A stretch of DNA of 64,000 bases from Bacilli bacterium (GTDB lineage Bacteria > Bacillota_I > Bacilli_A > RF39 > UBA660): contig JBBAEV010000001.1 of assembly GCA_041655735.1 (NCBI GenBank), forward strand, positions 2,890-66,889. The letters run 5' to 3'. The notes beneath the pieces were generated by a model. It ran no database searches. It saw only the letters and a program-made list of their open reading frames with translations, and was not told the origin of the DNA. Both the position numbers and the translations under genes were made by a program. Of the stretch, positions 47,623 to 56,926 are shown piece after piece (within the stretch, counting starts at the first letter, position 1; each line of letters begins with the position of its first letter).

Positions 47623-47851
47623 CTGAATAAATTATAACATAAATAAATTCTATATAATAGAATTTATTTATGACATAATTGCTTGAAATTTATCTTAAAT
47701 TTCTTTTAACTCATCACTTACCCTATAAACGATTCTATGTTGTCTATTAATTCTTCTTTCATAATACCACCACTTTCAATTTTATTTTTAGTCCTTTTGA
47801 GCATACGTAAATAATATTGTGTTAAAAAGATAAAAACTTATAAAAAAGAGG

Positions 47852-48112
47852 CTATCTAGCCTCCACAATAAGTTTTATTGCTGTTCTTTCCTCACCATCT
47901 ATTACTATATCAGTAAAAGCCGGTATACATATTAAATTTTTACCACTAGGTGCGACAAAACCTCTAGCAATTGCGACTGCTTTAATTGCTTGATTTAAGG
48001 CTCCGGCTCCAATCGCCTGAATTTCTACTGTCCCTTTTTCCCTAAATACATTGGCAAGAGCTCCTGCAACTGAATTAGGACTTGATTTAGATGAAACTTT
48101 AAGTGTTTCCAT
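47852..48112 (-). CDS. spoVS: stage V sporulation protein S
   Basis: 86-aa product METLKVSSKSSPNSVAGALANVFREKG…IQAIGAGALNQAIKAVAIARGFVAPSG…LICIPAFTDI…DGEERTAIKLIV is near-identical in pattern to B. subtilis SpoVS. RBS AAAGGAGG before the ATG at 48112 (ORF-track start at 48211 is an upstream extension). Lies downstream of rny as in Bacillus. Confidence 0.9.
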   Translation of the reverse strand: METLKVSSKSSPNSVAGALANVFREKGTVEIQAIGAGALNQAIKAVAIARGFVAPSGKNLICIPAFTDIVIDGEERTAIKLIVEAR

Positions 48113-48185
48113 AATAATTCCTCCTTTTATTTTTGTGTTCATTATAAATATATGAAAGAGGAATAAAAAAAGACATAAAAATGTC

Positions 48186-50309
48186 TTATCTAAAGGTTGG
48201 ATATGCTCCACTATTTATTTGCCATATATTTGTTGTATCCCAAGTATTAAGTCCAGTTACAGAAAGATTTTGTAAATTAGATACGCTTGTAAGGGTTCCA
48301 TGATATGTAGGACTGCCATAAGGCATAGTAACAGTTGATTCTTCACTTTTATAACAATTGTTTACAGAAACACTGCTTCCATCATTACCAATAAGAATTC
48401 CTGCCCAAGCTTGGTTTGGTATAGAAACAGTCACATCTCCTGCTGCGAATATTCTGTTTAATTGTATATTGCTTACATAACCTATTCCACTACCTCCAGA
48501 TGAAGTCGCATTAATATTTGCTAAACTGTAACTATCTTCAATAACACTAGTAAAATCTAATGCTCCAGAACTGATCCCAGCAATTCCTCCAACATGACTT
48601 GTTCCTACAACTTCACCTGTTACATATATGTTTTTTATAGTTCCGCGTGCTTCTCCTGTTAAAATACCAGTACGCATTCCACCTGTTATATTAGCATCCT
48701 CAATTCCTAGATGCTCTATTAAAGATGATGATAAAATCTCAGAAAAGAGTCCGATATAATTATCTTCAGGTCTATTTATGTATAAGTTTTTTATTATATT
48801 ACCATTTCCATTAAATATTCCAGAAAAAAATTCTTCTCTATTTAGAGCAATTGGTAAAAATCCTAATTCATTTGTAAATATTTCCTTATAGACAACGTTT
48901 CTATAATCAGAATCATTTTCAAAATCTAAATCATTCATTAGAGTATAGGTTTCTGTTAAATCTTTATTTATAACAAGTAACTCCTCTATTTTTGTTATTT
49001 CAGTTGTATGTGGGTATTGTAATTCTGTATTTCCACCTAATGTTATTACCCCTGGCTCTTCTATTTTCCATATTGTTTCAATATCCCAATCTAAAACATT
49101 ATTAATGAATAGTTCTGATTTAAGAAAATCATCATCAATTGAAACTGCATATGTTCTTGGAGTAGAAGTTGGATCATATAAATCATAAGAAGAACTATAA
49201 CTATAAAAGCTTCTGATGATATCGGCATCTGGATCTACAGATCCTACTAAATAACCAGCATCATAGCTTCTCTGAACATCAGTTGCGGTTATATTTCCTA
49301 AGGCAAACGAATCTTTTATATTACTATCTTTACGTGCCCTTCCCATAATCCCACCAACGTGATAAGTTCCTTTTACATCGACATCTGTATAAGCATTACT
49401 AATATCTGTATAATTATAAGAATAACCAACTATTCCACCAACACTATGTTGATTCCCTTCAACAGCGCCTGTTACATATACATTTTCTATATTCCCACTA
49501 TAACTAATCCCAACTATTCCACCAATATTAGTACTACCTTTTATGTCTATGTCTTCTAATCCTAATTTTCTTATTGATGGTGTATCATCAATGTTACCAA
49601 ACAAACCGATATAATCGTTTTCAGGTCGATTTATATATAAATTTCTTATTACATAATTATTACCATCAAATACACCGGAAAAATAATTTTCCCAATCACT
49701 ACCAATTGGTAACCACCCTTCATTCGTGGTATACGTTGCCATATTGTTAGAATCTTCATAACTGTTATTATTATTAAAATCTAAATCATTCATTAATATA
49801 TAATTACCAGCCAAAGCATTTCTAATATTATTTAAATCTTCTATCTTATATATTCCTGTATATCCTTCTGGTACTTCTGTTAAATGATTACCAGATAATT
49901 CTTCCCCAAATCCTGGAGTTACATAATTATCTCCACACATTAAAGAAGGATTATATTCATACTTTTTTGAACTTATTTTTTTTATAGTAATTTTCCCTGT
50001 ACATTCTGTTTTTTTATCTTGAGGATCTTTTATTGTTTCGATAAAATTAGCCCCTATTAAATGAGTAAGCGTTATTTCTTTTTCTTCATCTATTTTCTTT
50101 GGTAATTCATTAGGTCTGGATGCGAAATAATTTTGTGCTGCTTTTACCATTAATTTTTCTTGAATTTCATAAGCATTCATGCGCGAATTTTGTATTATAT
50201 TAGCTATTCTTGGTATCGCAATTATTAGTATAATTGCGAGTACTACTATTACTGCAAGTAACTCTATTAAGGTGAAACCTTTTCTAATTTTTTTTCTTTG
50301 TTTTTTCAT
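48186..50309 (-). CDS. large prepilin-type protein (707 aa) with two tandem GLUG-motif modules; putative type IV pilus-associated adhesin / modular minor pilin
   Basis: N-terminus KGFTLIELLAVIVVLAIILIIAIP (class III signal peptide). Two roughly 230-aa internal repeats (…LMNDLDF…GNNYVIRNLYINRPENDYIGLFG…GGIVGISYSGNIENVYVTGAVEG…VGGIVG…) fitting the GLUG motif. Own extended -10 promoter (TGTTATAAT) at about 50318-50335. Occupies the rny-spoVS interval where ymdB lies in Bacillus. Confidence 0.6.
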   Translation of the reverse strand: MKKQRKKIRKGFTLIELLAVIVVLAIILIIAIPRIANIIQNSRMNAYEIQEKLMVKAAQNYFASRPNELPKKIDEEKEITLTHLIGANFIETIKDPQDKKTECTGKITIKKISSKKYEYNPSLMCGDNYVTPGFGEELSGNHLTEVPEGYTGIYKIEDLNNIRNALAGNYILMNDLDFNNNNSYEDSNNMATYTTNEGWLPIGSDWENYFSGVFDGNNYVIRNLYINRPENDYIGLFGNIDDTPSIRKLGLEDIDIKGSTNIGGIVGISYSGNIENVYVTGAVEGNQHSVGGIVGYSYNYTDISNAYTDVDVKGTYHVGGIMGRARKDSNIKDSFALGNITATDVQRSYDAGYLVGSVDPDADIIRSFYSYSSSYDLYDPTSTPRTYAVSIDDDFLKSELFINNVLDWDIETIWKIEEPGVITLGGNTELQYPHTTEITKIEELLVINKDLTETYTLMNDLDFENDSDYRNVVYKEIFTNELGFLPIALNREEFFSGIFNGNGNIIKNLYINRPEDNYIGLFSEILSSSLIEHLGIEDANITGGMRTGILTGEARGTIKNIYVTGEVVGTSHVGGIAGISSGALDFTSVIEDSYSLANINATSSGGSGIGYVSNIQLNRIFAAGDVTVSIPNQAWAGILIGNDGSSVSVNNCYKSEESTVTMPYGSPTYHGTLTSVSNLQNLSVTGLNTWDTTNIWQINSGAYPTFR

Positions 50310-50364
50310 TTATTCCTCCTACTATGTATTAATATTATAACACAAAAAAAGAGTTATAAACTCT

Positions 50365-51921
50365 TTATTTGGCTTCTTCATTTGCTCTTGTTTCTCTAAC
50401 CACTGTTATTTTAATAGTGCCCGGATATTTCATTTCTTTTTCTATTTTTTCTTTTATATCTCTAGCTACTTTATGACTAGTTGAATCATCTACTTCTTCA
50501 GGTTTAACAATTACTCTAATTTCTCTTCCAGCTTGCATTGCATATGATTTATCTACGCCTTTAATTTCATTTGCAATATTTTCTAATTGTTCTAATCTTT
50601 TTATGTAATTTTCTAATGAATCACTTCTAGCACCGGGTCTTGATGCAGAAAGAGCATCAGCTATTGCTACTAATACCGAAATAACACTAGTTGCTTCTTT
50701 ATCGCCATGATGAGATGCAATCGAATTAATAACAACTTCTTTTTCACCATATTTTTTAGCTAAATCTTCACCTATTTCAATGTGACTTCCTTCTACTTCA
50801 TGATCAATAGATTTACCTATATCATGTAATAACCCAGCTCTTTTCGCTAAATTTACATCTTCGCCTATTTCTGAAGCCATAATACCAGCCAAATGCCCAA
50901 CTTCTTTCGAATGATTTAAAGCATTTTGACCATAACTCGTTCTAAAATGAAGTTTACCTAACATCTTAATAAGTTCAGAATCCATTTTAGTTATAGCAAG
51001 TTCAAATAAAGATTCTTCACCATATTCTTTTATCTTGTTATTGATTTCTTTACTTGTTTTATCATACAATTCTTCAATTCTACCTGGATGAATACGGCCA
51101 TCTTTAATTAAAATCTCTAAGGTTTGTCTAGCTATTTCTCTCCTTAATGGATCAAAACTAGATAAAACTACTGCTTCTGGAGTATCATCAACTATAAGAT
51201 CAACACCAGTAATAGCTTCAATAGTTCTAATATTCCTTCCTTCTCTACCAATAATACGACCTTTCATTTCATCACTAGGTAGTGTTACAACTGTAACAGT
51301 TTGTTCATTAGCAACATCTGATGCATATCTTTGCATTGCTTCTACTAGTAGATTTTTTGCAATCTTATCCACATTTAATTTTGCTTCATTTTCTCTTTCT
51401 TTAATATACTCTGCTATTTCCTTAGTCATTTGACCTTCAACACGTTCCATAACTAAATCATGAGCTTGTTTCCTTGAGAAACCAGAAACTTTTTCTAACA
51501 ATGTTAATTGTTTTTGCATAATTTCTTCGATTTTTACTTCCTTTTTTTGGATATCTTTTTGTTTTTCAATTATATTATTTTCTTTTACTTCTAAAGCTTG
51601 TTCACGATTTTGAATAGTCTGATCCCTACGATCAATAATTCCTTCACGTTGGATCAATCTATCCTCAGAACCTTTTATTTCTTGTTTTCTTTCCTTTATT
51701 TCTTTATCGAATTCCATTTTTAATTTATGTTGTTCTTCTTTGGTTTCTAAAATTGATTCTCTTTTTATTTTTTCAGCTTCTTTTTTAGCTTTTTCCAAAA
51801 TGTTTTCAATTTTATTATCCATATTTCTTCTTTTAATATAATTAAAAATAACAGTTAAAAATATTCCTAAAAATATTCCAAATATTGAAAGTAAAACGGA
51901 GATATATACAGGCATTTCCAT
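50365..51921 (-). CDS. rny: ribonuclease Y
   Basis: N-terminal TM. Coiled coil. KH domain (GREGRNIR). HD domain (HDIGK). Confidence 0.95.
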   Translation of the reverse strand: MEMPVYISVLLSIFGIFLGIFLTVIFNYIKRRNMDNKIENILEKAKKEAEKIKRESILETKEEQHKLKMEFDKEIKERKQEIKGSEDRLIQREGIIDRRDQTIQNREQALEVKENNIIEKQKDIQKKEVKIEEIMQKQLTLLEKVSGFSRKQAHDLVMERVEGQMTKEIAEYIKERENEAKLNVDKIAKNLLVEAMQRYASDVANEQTVTVVTLPSDEMKGRIIGREGRNIRTIEAITGVDLIVDDTPEAVVLSSFDPLRREIARQTLEILIKDGRIHPGRIEELYDKTSKEINNKIKEYGEESLFELAITKMDSELIKMLGKLHFRTSYGQNALNHSKEVGHLAGIMASEIGEDVNLAKRAGLLHDIGKSIDHEVEGSHIEIGEDLAKKYGEKEVVINSIASHHGDKEATSVISVLVAIADALSASRPGARSDSLENYIKRLEQLENIANEIKGVDKSYAMQAGREIRVIVKPEEVDDSTSHKVARDIKEKIEKEMKYPGTIKITVVRETRANEEAK

Positions 51922-52044
51922 AATAACACCTCCATTTACTATTTTTTATATATGTTAAATTCTTTGACTAGAATTATAACACCTATACTCATTGTAAGAG
52001 AGTGAACATTTTCTGTCAAGAAAAGAACATAAATTTATATGTTC

Positions 52045-53052
52045 TTATTTTGTTTTTATCCCAATATTATTGTATTCTCTAACTTTTTTTTCTAATTCTT
52101 CTCTTAAAGCTATATTTTCTAATAATATGGCTTTTATATTTTCTTTACCCTGGCCTAATCTTTCACCTTTATATCCATACCAAGCACCACTTTTTTCAAG
52201 TATTCCAGCGTCTACCGCCAAATCAATAATTTCGCCTTCTCTGCTTACTCCACGACCATAAATGATATCAACAATGGCTTTTTTAAATGGTGGTGCGACT
52301 TTATTTTTAACAACTTTAATAGTAGTCACATTACCAATCAAGTTATCGCCCATTTTTAACTGTTCATTACGTCTTACATCTAATCTAATAGTTGAATAAA
52401 ATTTTAAAGCTCTACCCCCTGGAGTAGTTTCTGGATTGCCAAAAATAATTCCTACCTTTTCTCTTAGCTGATTAATAAATATAACAATTGTATTTGTTTT
52501 ACTAATAGTTCCAGATAATTTACGAAGTGCTTGTGACATAAGTCTAGCCTGTACACCAATATGACTATCTCCCATTTCACCATCTATTTCAGCTTGTGGC
52601 ACTAATGCTGCTACTGAATCAATCACAATAATATTCAAAGCCTTACTTTTTACTAAAGCATCACATATTTCTAAAGCTTGTTCTCCTGTGTCTGGTTGTG
52701 AAAGTAATAATTCATCAGTATTAACCCCTAGATTTCTCGCATATACTGGATCTAATGCATGCTCTGCATCAATAAATGCTGCTTGACCTCCTTGTTTTTG
52801 TACTTCAGCTATTGCATGTAAAGCAAATGTCGTTTTTCCGCTTGATTCTGGACCATATATTTCAATAATACGTCCCTTTGGATAGCCCCCTACTCCTAAT
52901 GCTATATCAAGCATTATTGATCCACTAGAAAAAACCTCAATTTCTCTATTATTATTTTCTCCCAATCTCATTATGGCACCTTTACCAAATTGTTTTTCAA
53001 TATCATTTAATACTTGATCAAGCTCTTTATTTATAATCTTTTTTTTCGTCAT
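52045..53052 (-). CDS. recA: recombinase RecA
   Basis: GPESSGKTT Walker A. Full RecA core. Confidence 0.95.
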   Translation of the reverse strand: MTKKKIINKELDQVLNDIEKQFGKGAIMRLGENNNREIEVFSSGSIMLDIALGVGGYPKGRIIEIYGPESSGKTTFALHAIAEVQKQGGQAAFIDAEHALDPVYARNLGVNTDELLLSQPDTGEQALEICDALVKSKALNIIVIDSVAALVPQAEIDGEMGDSHIGVQARLMSQALRKLSGTISKTNTIVIFINQLREKVGIIFGNPETTPGGRALKFYSTIRLDVRRNEQLKMGDNLIGNVTTIKVVKNKVAPPFKKAIVDIIYGRGVSREGEIIDLAVDAGILEKSGAWYGYKGERLGQGKENIKAILLENIALREELEKKVREYNNIGIKTK

Positions 53053-53122
53053 ATTTCATATCCTCCTCTAATTAATTACATATTTATTGTACCTTATTTA
53101 AAAATAAATATCAATAGAAAAA

Positions 53123-53136
53123 CGAACATTTGTTTG
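53123..53136 (-). promoter_or_regulatory. candidate LexA/DinR (Cheo) box CGAACATTTGTTTG about 70 nt upstream of recA
   Basis: 12/14 match to the Firmicutes SOS box CGAACRNRYGTTCG. Correct position relative to recA. Confidence 0.45.
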
Positions 53137-53227
53137 TGGTTTTTGTAAAGGCATTAACTACCAAAATAGAAAAACCCTATGTTCAAATAAGGTTTTTTAT
53201 ATTTATTATTAATAATAAAATTCAATA

Positions 53228-53830
53228 TTATTTTTTTTCCACAAAATATTTTTTATGATCATTATAATATTGTATTCCAGATATAACCGCAAGAACAGCA
53301 GCTAATACTAATAAGAAATCTGCAACTCTTAAATTAAATATTTCGAATGGCAAATTATAAAATAATGTTAATACTATCCCAACCATTAAACAAGCTGCCT
53401 TTATTTTCCCCATCATACTAGCTGCGACTACTTCTCCTTTATTACCAGCCACCATTTTTATCGCATTAGTAATACTATCTCTAACTACTACAATTACAGT
53501 TATAATTGGTGAAATAAACCCTTGAGCTGAAAGTATTATTAAAACTGAATTTACTAAAACTTTATCTGCTATTGAATCTAATACTTTACCAAAATCAGTT
53601 ACTAAATTATATTTCCTCGCAATACGGCCATCAAACCAATCAGTAAGAGAAGCTAATATAAATAAGACCCCTGAAATAATATATCGTAAATCAACATAAA
53701 TACCGCTTACAATATATTTTGGAAAGGTTAACCCAATAGTGTGAAATGGAAATATTAATATAATTATTATTAATAATGATAAAAGCAATCTAAGTACTGT
53801 TAATTTATTCGGTAAATTCATATTTCTCAT
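53228..53830 (-). CDS. pgsA: CDP-diacylglycerol--glycerol-3-phosphate 3-phosphatidyltransferase
   Basis: CDP-alcohol phosphotransferase motif DxxDGxxAR…G…D…D (DWFDGRIARK…DSIADK). Confidence 0.9.
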   Translation of the reverse strand: MRNMNLPNKLTVLRLLLSLLIIIILIFPFHTIGLTFPKYIVSGIYVDLRYIISGVLFILASLTDWFDGRIARKYNLVTDFGKVLDSIADKVLVNSVLIILSAQGFISPIITVIVVVRDSITNAIKMVAGNKGEVVAASMMGKIKAACLMVGIVLTLFYNLPFEIFNLRVADFLLVLAAVLAVISGIQYYNDHKKYFVEKK

Positions 53831-53840
53831 TTTATCTCTC

Positions 53841-54317
53841 CTATACTACTTCTTTATATATTATATTTGCTTCATCTTTATTAAACGCATCTGTTCCATA
53901 CATACTCACAATAATATAACCAATTACTATTATTAATAATCCAATTATTATATAAATTACCTTAGCAGGTATTTTCATTTTCTTTTCCTTATTTAAGGTA
54001 TAAGGAGATATTATTTTTTTCGATTCTTCTTTCTTTTCTTTCTTTGCTTTTTCAATATCATTAATTGGTATCTTTGATGTATAATCAAATAAAAACTCAT
54101 TAAATTCATCAACTAATTTTTCATAGTTAAGGCCCAAATACTTGGCATATTCTCTAATAAAATATTTCAAATAAAAAACATCTTTAAAAGCCTTTATATT
54201 ACCCTCTTCAATATTTTCTATTTGTGAAACTCTAAGTTTTAAATCTTCAGCGGCTTCTTCGATAGTAACACCATTACTCTCTCTCGCTTCTTTTAATTTT
54301 TGGCCTATTTCTTTCAT
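53841..54317 (-). CDS. rodZ: RodZ-like cytoskeleton protein (XRE HTH plus TM), short form
   Basis: N-terminal XRE-type HTH (IGQKLKEARESNGVTIEEAAEDLKLRVSQIENIE). Juxtamembrane basic region. One TM. Upstream of pgsA as ymfM is in Bacillus. Confidence 0.65.
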   Translation of the reverse strand: MKEIGQKLKEARESNGVTIEEAAEDLKLRVSQIENIEEGNIKAFKDVFYLKYFIREYAKYLGLNYEKLVDEFNEFLFDYTSKIPINDIEKAKKEKKEESKKIISPYTLNKEKKMKIPAKVIYIIIGLLIIVIGYIIVSMYGTDAFNKDEANIIYKEVV

Positions 54318-54372
54318 AAAATAAACACCTCTGTATTATATTATATACTTAAATAAAAAGTTTGTAAATTAA

Positions 54373-54885
54373 TTATTGTTCTACTACAGAATACCTTCTA
54401 TTATTAATACTATAATATCCAAGTCTTTTTTGTGGTGCATTTTCTATCACTATTTTTTTGCCATCTATTATAACATCAGGACAACCATTATAAGGCCTTC
54501 CAAAATGACAATTAAGTTTAACTGTTTCTTCCTCAGCACTTGAAATTATAATTTTATCAATATTTGGACATTGTCTATAACGAAAACCATCAACTAAAGT
54601 TTTTAGGCCTGATACAGATAATTTTGTTAAATTTGGACAATCATCTATAAAAAAATTACCTAATTTTACTATTTCTCCCGTTATTTCAATTTCTTGAAGG
54701 AAAAACAAATTTATAACCGAGAAATCTTGTAACACAACATTGTCTCCTGTTATTATAATTTTTTTATATTCATTACAATCTGGAAAATTACTATAATCAA
54801 CCTTTACTCCTTTCAATATATTTCCTTCGGGATTACTAAGGTTAATTATAAGATTTGGTTCTATTTCTTCGAAATAATGTTCCAC
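54373..54885 (-). CDS. small leucine-rich-repeat (BspA-like LRR) protein
   Basis: Tandem degenerate repeats with a 22-23-aa periodicity (…IIITGDNVVLQDFSVINLFFLQEIEITGEIVKLGNFFIDDCPNLTKLSVSG…). Confidence 0.4.
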   Translation of the reverse strand: MEHYFEEIEPNLIINLSNPEGNILKGVKVDYSNFPDCNEYKKIIITGDNVVLQDFSVINLFFLQEIEITGEIVKLGNFFIDDCPNLTKLSVSGLKTLVDGFRYRQCPNIDKIIISSAEEETVKLNCHFGRPYNGCPDVIIDGKKIVIENAPQKRLGYYSINNRRYSVVEQ

Positions 54886-55240
54886 TTTACTCCTTCTCTA
54901 AGATATATTTAAATTATGAAACACATCTTAAATATACTATGATTTAAAATAATTGTAAATAAAAATACTAATAATAGTATCTTAATACAACATAATTAAC
55001 TACCCCTTTTATAAAGGGACCTTCATATTAATAGCTGTAATGTTTTTATTTCATCAGGAAAATTTAATTTAGGAACACCTAGAAAACTAGATTTTAAATG
55101 TATCCTTTCATTTCAAACATTATTTAAGTATATTTCTCCATTATTGGTCTAAGGTGCATCAATGATTTCCATTTTTATTCTTCGCTCCTAATAGAAACGA
55201 GTAATTATAATTCTATCACTTTTTTATGCTTTGCTAAATA

Positions 55241-55275
55241 ATTATTTATTTGACTTTTTATATCAAATGATTATA
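55241..55275 (+). promoter_or_regulatory. sigma-A-type promoter TTGACT-17-TATAAT for the 55303 gene
   Basis: Consensus -35 and -10 hexamers with exact 17-nt spacing, about 30 nt upstream of RBS AAAAGGAG. Confidence 0.6.
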
Positions 55276-55302
55276 ATAATACGCATTAAAAGGAGAATCT
55301 AA

Positions 55303-55878
55303 ATGTTAAGGATAGCAAAGGAAACTGGAAACAACGATTATTATTTATTTAATCCCGAAGAAGGGTATATTTTAACATTACAGGATAATCGCGAAACCGT
55401 CGGAGATCTTTATTTTAGTTTTAAAAGGTTTGAAAGAAAAGAACCTGTCGTCATAAATAAAAATGATGAATTTAAAATAATAGTAAATCATTCTGAGCCA
55501 CTATTTTCATTTATTGACAAACTTTTTGATAGTAGCACTAAATCAAAGAACAATAATTATTTTGATAGTAAAAACAATACTTTAACACATTTTGATGAAA
55601 ATGAGATTCGTGATTTAGCCAATATATTTAAAATACAGAAAACCAAAAATAACATTTCTATAACTTATATCAAGAAAAATGATACACCATTTCATGATTC
55701 AATAAGAATCATTTGTTTAAGAGGATCTAAAGATAATCCCGGCTTAGCTTACGCTCTTTGCGACCTTATCGATAATATAAAAGCATTTAAAGACACCGCT
55801 TTAGTTACAGATTCTTATAGAGAAATGATGAAATTAATGCTTAATGAAGAAAAAACATCAGAAATGATATATGAATAA
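55303..55878 (+). CDS. hypothetical protein (191 aa)
   Basis: Strong promoter and RBS. Terminator hairpin AAGACTCT-AAAT-AGAGTCTT at 55883-55902. No family recognised. Confidence 0.5.
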   Translation: MLRIAKETGNNDYYLFNPEEGYILTLQDNRETVGDLYFSFKRFERKEPVVINKNDEFKIIVNHSEPLFSFIDKLFDSSTKSKNNNYFDSKNNTLTHFDENEIRDLANIFKIQKTKNNISITYIKKNDTPFHDSIRIICLRGSKDNPGLAYALCDLIDNIKAFKDTALVTDSYREMMKLMLNEEKTSEMIYE

Positions 55879-55899
55879 AAAAGACTCTAAATAGAGTCT

Positions 55900-56250
55900 T
55901 CTTAACATTAATATTCTATAAGCCATGTTCTGTAATTGACAAACATTTATCTATGAAATTCATCTTCTAATCAGTTCAATTCCCTATAGAAGTGCCCCTA
56001 CCAAATTTGGGTTTCTCGCTCGTGGGGTTTATCACGTTCCACTCCCTTTATTTCTAAAAGGCATCGTCACTTTGACACTTTTACATTCTACTAAAACCAT
56101 ATTAAAAACTTAGGTTTATTCGAAAGCCGTTAACATAAGTTACCTTAGGTTATTTTTTCCCTAAGCACGAACACTACTATCAATCGCAGATAGTGCGAGC
56201 ATGGACTTTCCTCTACATTATTCATGCAGCGTTTGTCCGAATATTAATCA
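55900..56250 (-). ncRNA. rnpB: RNase P RNA, type B
   Basis: Minus-strand sequence matches B. subtilis rnpB throughout: CGCUGCAUG…GUAGAGGAAAGUCCAUGCUCGCAC (P4 5' half), AGUGUCAAAGUGACGA, AGGGAGUGGAACGUGAUAAACCCCACGAGCGAGAAACCCAAAUUUGGUAGGGGCAC, ACAGAACAUGGCUUAUAGAA. P1 pairing UUAAUAUUC/GAAUAUUAA defines the ends. Adjacent to gpsB as in Bacillus. Ends are approximate (plus or minus 10 nt). Confidence 0.85.
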
Positions 56251-56570
56251 TCATTTCCATAAACTACTTTTTCAAGTTCAGAAATTCTTCTTAGTAAATC
56301 AAGATTAGTTATTTCTTTTTCTCCTTGTTGTTTAGCTAATTCTATTTTCATTCTAAGATTTCTAATCTCATTTTTAAGATTAACATTTTCTTCAATTAGT
56401 TCCTTTTTTTCAGCTTCTACTTTTTTTACTATTCTGATAAATGCTTCATAATCCTTCATAATAGTATCTAAATACTTATCTACTTCTGGTAAACGATATC
56501 CCCTAGTATCAATTTTAAATTCTTTACTTAAGATATCTTCAGGTGTAAGTACTATTTGTTCTAAATACAT
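56244..56570 (-). CDS. gpsB: cell-cycle protein GpsB (DivIVA-domain)
   Basis: LTPEDILSKEFKIDTRGYRLPEVDKYLDTIMKDYEAF matches the GpsB N-domain. Start refined to MYLEQ… (RBS AGGTGA before the ATG at 56570). Confidence 0.85.
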   Translation of the reverse strand: MYLEQIVLTPEDILSKEFKIDTRGYRLPEVDKYLDTIMKDYEAFIRIVKKVEAEKKELIEENVNLKNEIRNLRMKIELAKQQGEKEITNLDLLRRISELEKVVYGNDD

Positions 56571-56632
56571 TTCACTCACCTCGCCCTTACACCTATATTT
56601 TCGCAAAAAAATGACAAAAAGTCAATTTTATT

Positions 56633-56926
56633 TTAAGTTTTGTTCTTTTTAAACAAAATTCCTTCTTTAGTTTGTTTTACTGTTTGATGTGCTGTAATCG
56701 CAAGTCCAGCAGAAATCAACCCTTCTACTATTGTTTCGGCACTAAATCCTGAAATAAACATATTAAAAACAATTCCTAGAAGCATTAATATCCATAAAAT
56801 TATCCAATTTGGAATAGAAGGAGTATGCTTCAAAACCATCCCTATCACAATCAATCCAGCACTCACCAACAGCATCCCAGAAGATATATCAACTTTTTCT
56901 AAAAACGTATCCATATTATCACCCAT
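56633..56926 (-). CDS. small two/three-TM membrane protein, phage-holin-like (phi LC3/LL-H-type pattern)
   Basis: 97 aa. Hydrophobic segments around …IPNWIILWILMLLGIVFN… and a charged C-terminus. The family call is tentative. Confidence 0.3.
   Translation of the reverse strand: MGDNMDTFLEKVDISSGMLLVSAGLIVIGMVLKHTPSIPNWIILWILMLLGIVFNMFISGFSAETIVEGLISAGLAITAHQTVKQTKEGILFKKNKT

Noticed and set aside
1292-55018. CCCTT(A/T)-N-(A/T)AAGGG palindromes at 1292, 1983, 24838 and 55003 considered as a dispersed repeat/REP-like family or a regulator binding site
   Set aside because: Three of the four sit exactly where intrinsic terminators are expected and are followed by U-runs. In a 25% GC genome a stable stem almost has to use the few available G/C-rich words, so similarity is expected. 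Kept only as a minor note within findings.
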